Shown piece after piece: positions 1 through 9,820 of a stretch of DNA of 32,273 nucleotides. Positions within the stretch are counted from its first letter, which is position 1. Each line of letters opens with the position of its first letter. This stretch comes from Acidimicrobiia bacterium (GTDB taxonomy: Bacteria > Actinomycetota > Acidimicrobiia > IMCC26256 > JAENVU01): NCBI GenBank assembly GCA_017882945.1, contig JADGON010000175.1, positions 1 through 32,273 of the forward strand. The letters run 5' to 3'. The translations under genes and the position numbers were made by a program. The notes beneath the pieces are model-generated. The model did no database searches. It saw only the letters and a list, made by a program, of their open reading frames with translations, and was not told the DNA's origin.

Positions 1-132
1 GGATCCCCGGAGCCCGATCGCCCGACCGCGGTCATTCGGCGGGCTCCGGCGGCCCACCTACTCGTCGAGGATCCCCGGAGCCCGATCGCCCGACCGCGGT
101 CATTCGGCGGGCTCCGGCGGCCCACCTTCTCG
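1..132. repeat. Tandem direct repeat, two 64-bp units of a REP-like nested-palindrome element
   Basis: Positions 1-64 and 69-132 are 63/64 identical (a60 vs t128), separated by tcga. Each unit has 10-bp arms ccggagcccg (7-16; 75-84) and cgggctccgg (40-49; 108-117) enclosing the 10-bp palindrome gaccgcggtc (24-33; 92-101). The 68-bp period is not a multiple of 3, so this is not a protein repeat. The array may continue beyond the window edge. Confidence 0.9.
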
Positions 133-180
133 TTTTGGCGTCATGTACCCACCTATTTCGTGGGTAGGTGACGCCAAAAC
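132..180 (-). terminator. Strong imperfect hairpin 25 bp downstream of the ABC-F stop; candidate factor-independent (possibly bidirectional) terminator
   Basis: gttttggcgtca (132-143) pairs with tgacgccaaaac (169-180). An inner stem pairs tacccac (146-152) with gtgggta (160-166) around a 7-nt loop. There is no clear U-tract on either strand, as is common in high-GC actinobacteria. Confidence 0.4.
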
Positions 181-204
181 GGGGGCGGGGGGATGGAGGG
201 CGGG

Positions 205-1803
<1,599 letters not shown>

Positions 1804-1922
1804 GCGTGTGACCCTAGAAGGCCCGCCCCCGGCCCCCAGCCGACTTTGTGTCGCCGCCGGTGACCGAGGCAGAGCTTCGCAGCGTCAGGGCACCGGTCGG
1901 GGAGTGAGGCAGGAGCGGTGAC

Positions 1923-4286
1923 TCAGACGGGGGCGACGACGGGGGTCGGCACCGGTGCTGGTTCCAGGGCCCAGTCGAGGACCTGGGTGACGTCCTCGGC
2001 GAGATGGAAGGTCATGTGCTCCCGCACGGACTCGGGGACATCCTGGAGGTCCGGCCCGTTGCGCTTGGGCAGGACGACCGTGGTGAGACCGGCCCGCTGC
2101 GCCGCGAGGACCTTCTGCTTGAGCCCGCCGATCGGCAGCACCCGGCCTTGGAGCGTGACCTCGCCGGTCATCCCGACGTCGGCCCGCACCGGCCGCCCGG
2201 TGAGCCGCGACACGAGCGCGGTGGTCATCGTGACGCCTGCGGACGGTCCGTCCTTGGGCACGGCGCCGGCGGGCACGTGCACGTGGAAGCGCCGCTGCTC
2301 GAGCGCATCCGCCTCGACCCCGAGGGCGTCGGAGTTCGCGCGGATGTAGCTCATCGCGATCTCGGCCGACTCCTTCATGACGTCGCCGAGCTGGCCGGTC
2401 AACGTCAGCCCGGGCTCGCCGGGAAGGCTGGTCGCCTCCACGAACAGCACGTCACCGCCGGTACCCGTCACTGCGAGTCCGGTGGCCACCCCCGCGGCGG
2501 ACGTCCGCTCACGCACTTCCTCGGCAAAGAACCGCGGGCGTCCGAGCAGCGCCGGCACGTCGTCGGCTCCGATGCCGACCGGCGGCACCGACTCGCCACC
2601 GGCGATCTTCGCCGCGCTCTTGCGCAGCAGCTTGCCGAGCTCGCGCTCGAGGTTCCGCACGCCCGCCTCGCGGGTGTAGTCCGCGACCACGGCGCGCAAC
2701 GCGTCGTCGTCGACCGTCACCTCGTCGTCACGGAGCCCGTTGCGCTCCCGCTGCCGGGCCAGGAGGTGATCACGGGCGATGACGACCTTCTCGTCCTCGG
2801 TGTAGCCGTCGAGGCGCACGACCTCCAACCGGTCGAGCAACGGGCCCGGGATCGTGTCCATGACGTTGGCGGTGGCCAGGAACAGCACGCCCGAGAGGTC
2901 GAGGTCGACGTCCAGGTAGTGGTCGCGGAACGTGTGGTTCTGCGCGGGGTCGAGCACCTCGAGCAGCGCGCTCGACGGGTCCCCCCGCCAGTCCGCACCG
3001 AGCTTGTCGACCTCGTCCAGGAGGATGACGGGGTTCATCGTCCCCGCCTCCTTGAACGCTCGCGCGATCCGGCCCGGGAGCGCGCCGACGTACGTACGCC
3101 GGTGACCGCGGATCTCCGCTTCGTCGCGAACGCCACCGAGCGCCACGCGCACGAACTTGCGCCCCGTCGCGCGGGCAACGGACTCACCGAGCGACGTCTT
3201 GCCGACGCCCGGAGGACCGACCAACGCGAGGATCAGACCACTGCCGCGGCGGGCGGACTCGTGCGCGTCGTCGAGACCGCGATCGGCGCGCAGCTTGCGC
3301 ACCGCGAGGTACTCCACGATCCGGTCCTTCACGTCGCCCAGGCCCGTGTGATCGGCGTCGAGGATGCTCCGAGCCTCGGCGACATCGAGCCGCTCGTCGG
3401 AACGGACGCCCCACGGCAGCTCGAGGATCGTGTCGAGCCACGTGCGGATCCACCCGTGCTCGGGGCTCTGCTCCGAGGTGCGCTCGAGCTTGTCGATCTC
3501 CTTGGTCACCGCGGCCGCGACCGCCTCGGGCAGCTCGGTCGCCGCGGCCTTCTCGCGCAGCTCCTCGATCGTGTTGCCGTCGTCGGCACCTTCGCCGAGC
3601 TCCTTGCGGATCGCCTGGAGCTGCTGGCGCAGCAGGAACTCCCGCTGCTGCTTCTCCATGCCCTCGCCCACCTCTTGGCGGATCTTCTCGGTCACCTCGT
3701 GCTCGGCCAGCGCGTCACGCGCCCACTCGAGCGCGCGCTCGACCCGGGCCTCGATGTCCGTGGCCTCGAGCAGCTCGACCTTGCGCTCGGTCGGCATGTC
3801 CGACCAGGCACCGAAGCCGTCGGCGAGCGCGCCGGGCTCCGTCGTCGTGCGCAGCAGCTCGGGGAGGCGACGCGACCGGCGCCGCTCGGCCAGCACGGAG
3901 AGCACCGCGCGCAGCTCACGCCCGAGCTCCTCGGCCCGGGCGGAGACCACGTCGTCGGTCACGTCGTGCGCCTCGACCCACAGCGCGGTCCCGGTGCCGG
4001 CCACGCCGGTTCCGAGGGCCGCGCGGTGCAGGCCGCGGATGATCGCCGCCGCGAGACCGTTGGGCAGCTCGCCCGACTCCTCCACCACTGCGACGGTCCC
4101 GACCCGGGCGTACCGCCCGTCGATGCGAGGAACGAGCAGCAGCCGGCCGTCACCGTCGTTCGCGGCGGCGACAGCCGCGCGGGACTCGTCGGTCTCGAGG
4201 GTCAAGGTGGCCACGGTGTTCGGCAGCACCACCCCGCTGGAGAGGGGGAGCACCGGCAGCGCTTGAGTTTCCGTGAGCTCGGGCAT
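1923..4286 (-). CDS. lon: ATP-dependent Lon protease (endopeptidase La)
   Basis: 787-aa ORF. It has the AAA+ Walker A GPPGVGKTS, the conserved RGHRRTYVGALPGRI segment, and a C-terminal protease domain with the catalytic-Ser motif PKDGPSAG. The ATG is preceded by GGAG. Confidence 0.95.
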   Translation of the reverse strand: MPELTETQALPVLPLSSGVVLPNTVATLTLETDESRAAVAAANDGDGRLLLVPRIDGRYARVGTVAVVEESGELPNGLAAAIIRGLHRAALGTGVAGTGTALWVEAHDVTDDVVSARAEELGRELRAVLSVLAERRRSRRLPELLRTTTEPGALADGFGAWSDMPTERKVELLEATDIEARVERALEWARDALAEHEVTEKIRQEVGEGMEKQQREFLLRQQLQAIRKELGEGADDGNTIEELREKAAATELPEAVAAAVTKEIDKLERTSEQSPEHGWIRTWLDTILELPWGVRSDERLDVAEARSILDADHTGLGDVKDRIVEYLAVRKLRADRGLDDAHESARRGSGLILALVGPPGVGKTSLGESVARATGRKFVRVALGGVRDEAEIRGHRRTYVGALPGRIARAFKEAGTMNPVILLDEVDKLGADWRGDPSSALLEVLDPAQNHTFRDHYLDVDLDLSGVLFLATANVMDTIPGPLLDRLEVVRLDGYTEDEKVVIARDHLLARQRERNGLRDDEVTVDDDALRAVVADYTREAGVRNLERELGKLLRKSAAKIAGGESVPPVGIGADDVPALLGRPRFFAEEVRERTSAAGVATGLAVTGTGGDVLFVEATSLPGEPGLTLTGQLGDVMKESAEIAMSYIRANSDALGVEADALEQRRFHVHVPAGAVPKDGPSAGVTMTTALVSRLTGRPVRADVGMTGEVTLQGRVLPIGGLKQKVLAAQRAGLTTVVLPKRNGPDLQDVPESVREHMTFHLAEDVTQVLDWALEPAPVPTPVVAPV

Positions 4287-4292
4287 CGGACT

Positions 4293-4322
4293 CCGATCGT
4301 GATTACAGGATTACGCGATCGG
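4293..4322 (-). promoter_or_regulatory. Inverted repeat CCGATCG-N16-CGATCGG in the lon 5' leader, overlapping the SD
   Basis: ccgatcg (4293-4299) and cgatcgg (4316-4322) flank an AT-richer loop containing the direct repeat gattac-ag-gattac. On the lon strand the 3' arm overlaps the GG of the GGAG SD (complement of 4291-4294), 5 nt before the ATG. Confidence 0.3.
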
Positions 4323-4392
4323 TGGAACCGGCCTCGATGCCCTCCTATTCCCGACTCGGCCACCCGGGATTCTCCGGGACGACCGTCCCCGG

Positions 4393-4881
4393 TCAGCTCG
4401 GGAGCTGCGCCTCGATGGCCGAGACGAGCGCGGGGTCCTCGGGGGTCACGGTCGGGTTGAAGCGGCCGACGACGTCGCCCCCGGGTGACACCAGGAACTT
4501 CTCGAAGTTCCAGCGGATGTCGCCGGTGTAGCCCTCGGAATCCGGCACCGCGTTCAGCTGCGCGTAGAGCGGGTGCTGGTGCTCGCCGTTGACCTCGATC
4601 TTCTCGAACAGCGGGAACTCCACGCCGTAGTTCGTGGTGCAGAACTCCTGGATCTCCTCGGCCGTCCCCGGCTCCTGCTCGAGGAACTGGTTGCACGGGA
4701 AGCCGAGGACCTCGAAGCCCCGGGCGCCGAGCGTCTCGTGCAGCTTCTCCAGACCCTCGTACTGGGGCGTCAGGCCGCAGTGCGACGCGACGTTGACGAT
4801 GAGCACCGCCTTGCCCTTGTAGTCGCCCAGCGAGGCCGGGGTGCCGTCGAGCTGGTTGACCTTCACGTCATAGATCGCCAT
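4393..4881 (-). CDS. gpx: Glutathione peroxidase family protein (Cys-type)
   Basis: 162 aa. Motifs are VASHCGLTPQY (peroxidatic Cys), FPCNQF and WNFEKFLV. An AGGAGG SD lies about 8 nt upstream of the ATG. Confidence 0.9.
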   Translation of the reverse strand: MAIYDVKVNQLDGTPASLGDYKGKAVLIVNVASHCGLTPQYEGLEKLHETLGARGFEVLGFPCNQFLEQEPGTAEEIQEFCTTNYGVEFPLFEKIEVNGEHQHPLYAQLNAVPDSEGYTGDIRWNFEKFLVSPGGDVVGRFNPTVTPEDPALVSAIEAQLPS

Positions 4882-4916
4882 GCGTCGTACTCCTCCTGGG
4901 GGCCGGTGCTCGCAGT

Positions 4917-5711
4917 TTACGGATGTGCGACCTTGCGCACCTCCCGGCCCATGAGCCGGTACGCGATCGGGGCGACGAGGCCACCCCCGCGGGCGAGGAG
5001 CGCCGTCTGCGGGTCGAACGTGATGACGTGGCGGTCGCGCTCGATCCCGCGGACGATCCCGGCCCCGACCTCCTCGGCCAGCTTCGGCTTGATGCCGGCG
5101 GAGACGGCCGCGGTCTCAGGCGGCTTGATGAGGTTCTCGGTCTCGAGACCGGGCGTCAGCGTGTCCGGCGGGAACGCGCAGGCCACGAAGACACCACGCG
5201 CCTCGACCTCGGCCCGGAGCGCGTCCATGAGGCCGCGCACCGCGTACTTCGACGGTGCGTAGGCGCCGAAGCCGAAGACCCCGACAAGCCCCGCCGCCGA
5301 CGAGATCCCCACGATGGTGCCGCTCCCCCGCTCGAGCATCGAGTCGAGGACGCTGCGGATCGGGTGCAGCGTCCCGAAGTAGTTGAGGTCCATCTGCGCC
5401 CGGAAGTCGTCGAGCGCGAGCGCCTCGAAGTATCCGGGATGCGACGCGCCGGCTGCGGTCACGAGGAGGTCGCACGGTCCCTGGTCGGCTACGAGCGCGT
5501 CGACTGCCGTGGCGACGGCGGTGGGGTCGGTGACGTCGGCCGAGGCAGATCGACACCCCGGGCCGACGGCCGCGGCGGCCTGGTCGAGGCGCTCCCGGTC
5601 CCGCGCGATCAGCGAGACCCGGGCACCGCGCGAGGCGAGGATGCGGGCAGTGGCCAGGCCGATGCCCTGAGAGCCGCCGGTCACGATCGCGTGGGCGTCA
5701 GTGATGCGCAT
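4917..5711 (-). CDS. Short-chain dehydrogenase/reductase (SDR) family oxidoreductase
   Basis: 264 aa. It has the TGGSQGIG dinucleotide-binding motif and the YAPSKYAV (YxxxK) catalytic motif. Confidence 0.85.
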   Translation of the reverse strand: MRITDAHAIVTGGSQGIGLATARILASRGARVSLIARDRERLDQAAAAVGPGCRSASADVTDPTAVATAVDALVADQGPCDLLVTAAGASHPGYFEALALDDFRAQMDLNYFGTLHPIRSVLDSMLERGSGTIVGISSAAGLVGVFGFGAYAPSKYAVRGLMDALRAEVEARGVFVACAFPPDTLTPGLETENLIKPPETAAVSAGIKPKLAEEVGAGIVRGIERDRHVITFDPQTALLARGGGLVAPIAYRLMGREVRKVAHP

Positions 5712-5751
5712 GCCCCGATCCTGCCACCAGTTCCGGGGCCGCGACCGGGAC

Positions 5752-7152
5752 CTACTTGGGCGCGATCATCTCCTCGGGCCGCACTGCAGCGTCGAACTCC
5801 TCGGCGGTCAGATGCCCGGACGCGATGGCCGCTTCGCGCAACGTGGTGCCCTCCTTGTGCGCCTTCTTCGCGATCTCGCCAGCCTTGTCGTAGCCGATGA
5901 CCGGGTTCAGCGCGGTGACCACCATCAGCGAGTCACGCACGTACTCGGCGATCTGAGCGAGGTTCGGCTCCAGCCCCTCGATGCAGAACTCGCGGAAGTT
6001 GCTGCACGCGTCGGTGAGCAGGTCCACCGAATGCAAGAAGTTGAAGATCATGACCGGCTTGAACACGTTGAGCTCGAAGTTGCCCATGGAGCCGGCGATC
6101 CCGGTTGCGGTGTCGTTGCCGAGCACCTGCACGCACACCATCGTGAGCGCCTCGGACTGGGTGGGGTTCACCTTCCCCGGCATGATCGACGATCCCGGCT
6201 CGTTCTCGGGCAGCAGCAGCTCGCCGAGACCGGCGCGCGGGCCGGACCCGAGCCAGCGGATGTCGTTCGCGATCTTCATGAGGCTGACCGCCAGCGTGCG
6301 CACCGCGCCACTCGCGAAGACGAGATCGTCGTGGCTGGCGAGCGCGGCGAACTTGTTCCGGGCCGACGTGAACGGGAGGCCGGTGATCTCGGCGATGCGC
6401 GCCGCAGCGCGCACCGCGAACTCGGGGTGCGTGTTGAGCCCGGTTCCCACCGCGGTACCGCCGATCGCGAGCTCGTGGAGCCCGTGGACCGCGGTCTCGA
6501 TGCGCTCGATGTCCGCGTCGAGCTGGGCGACGTAGCCGGAGAACTCCTGACCGAGCGTGAGCGGGACTGCGTCTTGCAGGTGCGTACGCCCGATCTTCAC
6601 GATGCTCTCGAAGTCCGCCGAGCGTCGAGCCAACGTGTCGCGCAGGGCGCGCACGGAAGGCACGAGCCGGTGGGTCACCTCTTCGACCGCGGCGATGTTC
6701 ATCGCGGTCGGAAACGTGTCGTTCGAGGACTGCGACATGTTGACGTGGTCGTTCGGGTGAATAGGGGTCTTGCTCCCCCGCTCGCCGCCCGCGATCTCGA
6801 TCGCGCGGTTCGAGATGACCTCGTTGACGTTCATGTTCGTCTGGGTGCCCGAACCGGTCTGCCAGACGTAGAGCGGGAAGTGGTCGTCCAGCTTGCCGGC
6901 GATGATCTCGTCGGCCGCCTGGGTGATCAGGTCCGCGTACTCGCCCGGGAGCTTCCCGAGATCGCGGTTGACGTCCGCGGCAGCCTTCTTGAGCACCGCC
7001 ATCGAGCGGATCACGGCGTCGGGCATCCGGTCGTCGGCAACCGAGAAGTGGTGCAACGACCGCTGGGTCTGCGCACCCCAGTAGCGGTCGTGCGCGACCT
7101 CGATCGGACCCATGCTGTCGCTCTCGGTGCGGGTTGCCTTGGCGTCGGTCAT
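5752..7152 (-). CDS. fumC: Class II fumarate hydratase
   Basis: 466 aa. It carries the fumarase/aspartase signature [16 protein letters not shown] and family-typical sequence along its length ([19 protein letters not shown]). Confidence 0.95.
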   Translation of the reverse strand: MTDAKATRTESDSMGPIEVAHDRYWGAQTQRSLHHFSVADDRMPDAVIRSMAVLKKAAADVNRDLGKLPGEYADLITQAADEIIAGKLDDHFPLYVWQTGSGTQTNMNVNEVISNRAIEIAGGERGSKTPIHPNDHVNMSQSSNDTFPTAMNIAAVEEVTHRLVPSVRALRDTLARRSADFESIVKIGRTHLQDAVPLTLGQEFSGYVAQLDADIERIETAVHGLHELAIGGTAVGTGLNTHPEFAVRAAARIAEITGLPFTSARNKFAALASHDDLVFASGAVRTLAVSLMKIANDIRWLGSGPRAGLGELLLPENEPGSSIMPGKVNPTQSEALTMVCVQVLGNDTATGIAGSMGNFELNVFKPVMIFNFLHSVDLLTDACSNFREFCIEGLEPNLAQIAEYVRDSLMVVTALNPVIGYDKAGEIAKKAHKEGTTLREAAIASGHLTAEEFDAAVRPEEMIAPK

Positions 7153-7245
7153 GTGCCCTCCTCGACGGCGGCGACGGTATCGCGCTGCCGCGGGCTTTCC
7201 TCATCCGGGCTTATACGATCGGTTCCCGCCCCGAGGGAGAGTGCT

Positions 7246-8943
7246 GTGCCTGAAGCCAACGACCACGCCGTCGACGAGATCGCGGACCACTACGTCGTAC
7301 GCCACGCCAGCCTGGATCCGATCGCCGCGACCATGGAAGGGATCACCGGTCACGACACGGAGATGACCGACTACTCCCCCGACGCGGCAGAGCAACGGGC
7401 CGAGCACGACCGGGCGACGCTGCGAGCACTCGCCGGCGCAGGACCGACCGGCGAGCGCGGCCGGATCGCGGTCGAGATGATGCGCGACCGGTTGCAGGTC
7501 AACGTCGACCTCTACGAGCTCGGCGAGCATCTCCGCGACCTCAACATCCTCGGCTCGCCGGTCCAGAACATCCGCCAGGTGTTCGACCAGATGCCGACCG
7601 ACTCCGAGCACGACTGGGAGACGGTCGCGGCTCGCGTCGGTCTGGTGCCCGAGGCGCTCTCGAGCCTCCAGGCCGCCTACGACGAAGGGATCGCCCAGGG
7701 ACTCGTCGCGGCACGCCGCCAGGTGGTCGGCTGCGTGCAGCAGGCCGAGGTGTGGTCGGGTACGGGTGGTTCGGATTCGCGGCCGTTCTTCCAGGCGCTC
7801 GTCGACCGGTTCGACGCGTCGGGCGTCGGCTCACCGGCGTTGCGCGCGACACTCGAGGAGCGCGCCGAGCGCGCGATCGCGGCCTACGCGTCGTTCGCCC
7901 GGTACCTCATCGAGGAGTACTCACCGCACGCGTCCGAGCGCGATCCGGTCGGCGCGGAGCGTTACGCGGTCTGGGCCCGCGTCTACAACGGCACCGAGCT
8001 CGACCTCGAGGAGACCTACGCCTGGGGCTGGGACGAGCTGCATCGCATCGAGCACGCGATGCGGTCCGTCGGCGAGCGCATCCTCCCCGACTCGTCGCTC
8101 GGCGAGGTCATCGAGCTGCTCGAGAGTGATCCCGCACGCTCGATCGAGGGCGAGGACGCCCTGCGCGGCTGGCTCCAGAATCTCATGGACCAGACGATCG
8201 CGGAGCTGAACGGCGTGCACTTCGACATCCCCGGACCGGTGCAGCGCGTCGAGGCGATGATCGCGGAGCCCGGCGGCGCGGCGGCGATGTACTACACGGG
8301 ACCGTCCGAGGACTTCTCCCGGCCCGGCCGCACGTGGTACCCGACGCTCGGTCGCACGCGCTTCCCGCTCTGGGGCGAGGTGTCGATCTGCTACCACGAG
8401 GGCGTGCCGGGCCACCACCTCCAGGTCGCGCAGGTGCGCTACCTCGCGGACCAGCTGAACCGCTACCAGCGCACGCTCGGTTGGGTGTCAGGGCACGGCG
8501 AAGGGTGGGCGCTCTACGCAGAGCGGCTCATGGGGGAGCTCGGCTACCTCGACAACCCCGACTACGAGCTCGGCATGTTGCGCGCGCAGGCGATGCGCGC
8601 GGTGCGCGTCGTGGTGGACATCGGCATGCACCTCGAGCTTCCGATCCCGGCCGGGGAGCGCTACCACCCGGGCGAGCAGTGGACGCCCGAGCTCGCGCTG
8701 CCGTTCGTGATCGAGCGCAGCATGTTCCCCGAGGACTTCATGCGCAGCGAGGTGGACCGCTACCTCGGGCTCCCGGGCCAGGCGATCTCGTACAAGGTCG
8801 GTGAGCGCGTGTGGCTCGAGAGCCGGGACGATGCCCGCCGCCGCCACGGGGAGCGCTTCGACCTCAAGGCCTGGCACCGCTTCGGCCTCGACCTCGGCAG
8901 CATGGGCCTCGACCAGCTCCGCCGCGAGCTCGCCCGCTTCTAG
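7246..8943 (+). CDS. DUF885 family protein (metallopeptidase-like HExxxGHH motif)
   Basis: I take the true start as the GTG at 7246, preceded by GAGGGAGA (7233-7240). The part of the 1080-aa track ORF upstream of it is antisense to fumC. The 565-aa product contains CYHEGVPGHHLQ and the overall DUF885-like pattern. Confidence 0.7.
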   Translation: MPEANDHAVDEIADHYVVRHASLDPIAATMEGITGHDTEMTDYSPDAAEQRAEHDRATLRALAGAGPTGERGRIAVEMMRDRLQVNVDLYELGEHLRDLNILGSPVQNIRQVFDQMPTDSEHDWETVAARVGLVPEALSSLQAAYDEGIAQGLVAARRQVVGCVQQAEVWSGTGGSDSRPFFQALVDRFDASGVGSPALRATLEERAERAIAAYASFARYLIEEYSPHASERDPVGAERYAVWARVYNGTELDLEETYAWGWDELHRIEHAMRSVGERILPDSSLGEVIELLESDPARSIEGEDALRGWLQNLMDQTIAELNGVHFDIPGPVQRVEAMIAEPGGAAAMYYTGPSEDFSRPGRTWYPTLGRTRFPLWGEVSICYHEGVPGHHLQVAQVRYLADQLNRYQRTLGWVSGHGEGWALYAERLMGELGYLDNPDYELGMLRAQAMRAVRVVVDIGMHLELPIPAGERYHPGEQWTPELALPFVIERSMFPEDFMRSEVDRYLGLPGQAISYKVGERVWLESRDDARRRHGERFDLKAWHRFGLDLGSMGLDQLRRELARF

Positions 8944-8977
8944 CTCGCTGCCCGCTTCCAGCTCGCTGCCCGCTTCC
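8927..8977. repeat. 18-bp tandem repeat (2 perfect units plus 1 degenerate 15-nt unit) spanning the DUF885 stop codon
   Basis: agctcgctgcccgcttcc occurs at 8942-8959 and 8960-8977. It is preceded by the degenerate copy agctcgcccgcttct (8927-8941), which encodes the C-terminal ELARF and the t of the TAG stop (8941-8943). A further decayed unit follows at 8978-8995. Confidence 0.85.
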
Positions 8978-9001
8978 ACACCCGCCCGCACTTCCGGCCG
9001 C

Positions 9002-9820
9002 TCAGGGATTGACGGGTCGGTTGGTCCAGGAGCCGTCCGTACGGCGGAACCAGCCGCCCGCGGCGAGGCTGCCGCCGTCGGCGTGGATGGTCGTGCCGGT
9101 GACGAACGCGGAGAGCTCGGACGCGAGGAAGAGGGCGACGCCTGCGATGTCGGTCGGAGTGCCGAAGCGGCCGACGGGAACCCAGTGCGGGATGAGCTCC
9201 TGCTGGTCCTCGGGCACCCAGCGCGAGTACGGCACCTGGATCGTCTCGGTGAGATCCGGTGCTATCGCATTCACGCGCACGCCGTCGTTGCCGAGCTCGA
9301 CTGCGAGGCTCTTCGTGAACTGGGTGATCGCACCCTTGAACGCGCTGTAGACCGGTCGCCGCGGGATCGCGCGAAACGCCTCGACGCTCGACACGTTGAT
9401 CACGTTCCCCCAATGCCGCTCCACCATCCCGGGCACGAATGCGCGGGTGCAGAGGAAGACGTGCTCGAGGTTCACGCGGTACAGCGCGCGCCATTCGTCG
9501 GACGTGCTGGTGAGGAAGTCACCGTCTCCGGGAAGGTAGTGACCGACGTTGTTCACGAGCACGTCGATCGGACCCACGGACCGGGCCAGCTCGGCAACTG
9601 CGGCTTCGTCGCCGACGTCGACGACCTCGCCGCTCGCGTCTCCGCCGCCGGCTCGGATCGCGTCCACGGTGGTTTCCGCGCGTTCCGGATTGATCTCGGC
9701 GATCACCACCCGAGCCGCGTGCGCGGCGAACGTCTCGGCGATCGCGCGCCCGATCCCGCCGCCGCCGCCCGTGACGAGCGCCGTGCGACCCGACAGGAGC
9801 GCGCCCGGCGCGTGGGTCAC
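9002..9820 (-). CDS. SDR family oxidoreductase
   Basis: 272 aa. Motifs are VTGGGGGIGRAIA and YSAFKGAI (YxxxK). The GTG start overlaps the pepF-like stop (GTGA at 9817-9820). Confidence 0.85.
   Translation of the reverse strand: MTHAPGALLSGRTALVTGGGGGIGRAIAETFAAHAARVVIAEINPERAETTVDAIRAGGGDASGEVVDVGDEAAVAELARSVGPIDVLVNNVGHYLPGDGDFLTSTSDEWRALYRVNLEHVFLCTRAFVPGMVERHWGNVINVSSVEAFRAIPRRPVYSAFKGAITQFTKSLAVELGNDGVRVNAIAPDLTETIQVPYSRWVPEDQQELIPHWVPVGRFGTPTDIAGVALFLASELSAFVTGTTIHADGGSLAAGGWFRRTDGSWTNRPVNP

Noticed and set aside
1-6. GGATCC at position 1 as a cloning (BamHI) boundary
   Set aside because: The same hexamer recurs at 69-74 as part of the repeat unit, so it is intrinsic sequence rather than evidence of a vector junction.
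1-132. Possible CRISPR array or protein-coding repeat at the window start
   Set aside because: There are only two units separated by 4 nt, so there are no spacers. The units are 64 bp long, and the period of 68 is not divisible by 3. No cas genes are in the window.
4255-4276. cttgagt near the lon start as an HspR HAIR operator half-site
   Set aside because: The second half-site (ACTCAAG after 7 nt) is absent, and the sequence lies inside the lon coding region.
2004-4460. An 818-aa plus-strand ORF. Similar long ORFs are 11680-13869 (+), 29694-31196 (-) and 29786-31855 (+).
   Set aside because: All of these lie antisense to, or out of frame with, genes that have unambiguous family motifs (lon, helD, GT39). 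They have Arg/Pro/Gly-rich low-complexity translations and are high-GC shadow ORFs.
5701-7245. N-terminal 515 codons of the 1080-aa ORF that ends as the DUF885 gene
   Set aside because: This part is antisense to fumC and has no coding-like sequence. A GTG with a good SD at 7246 begins the recognisable DUF885 sequence.
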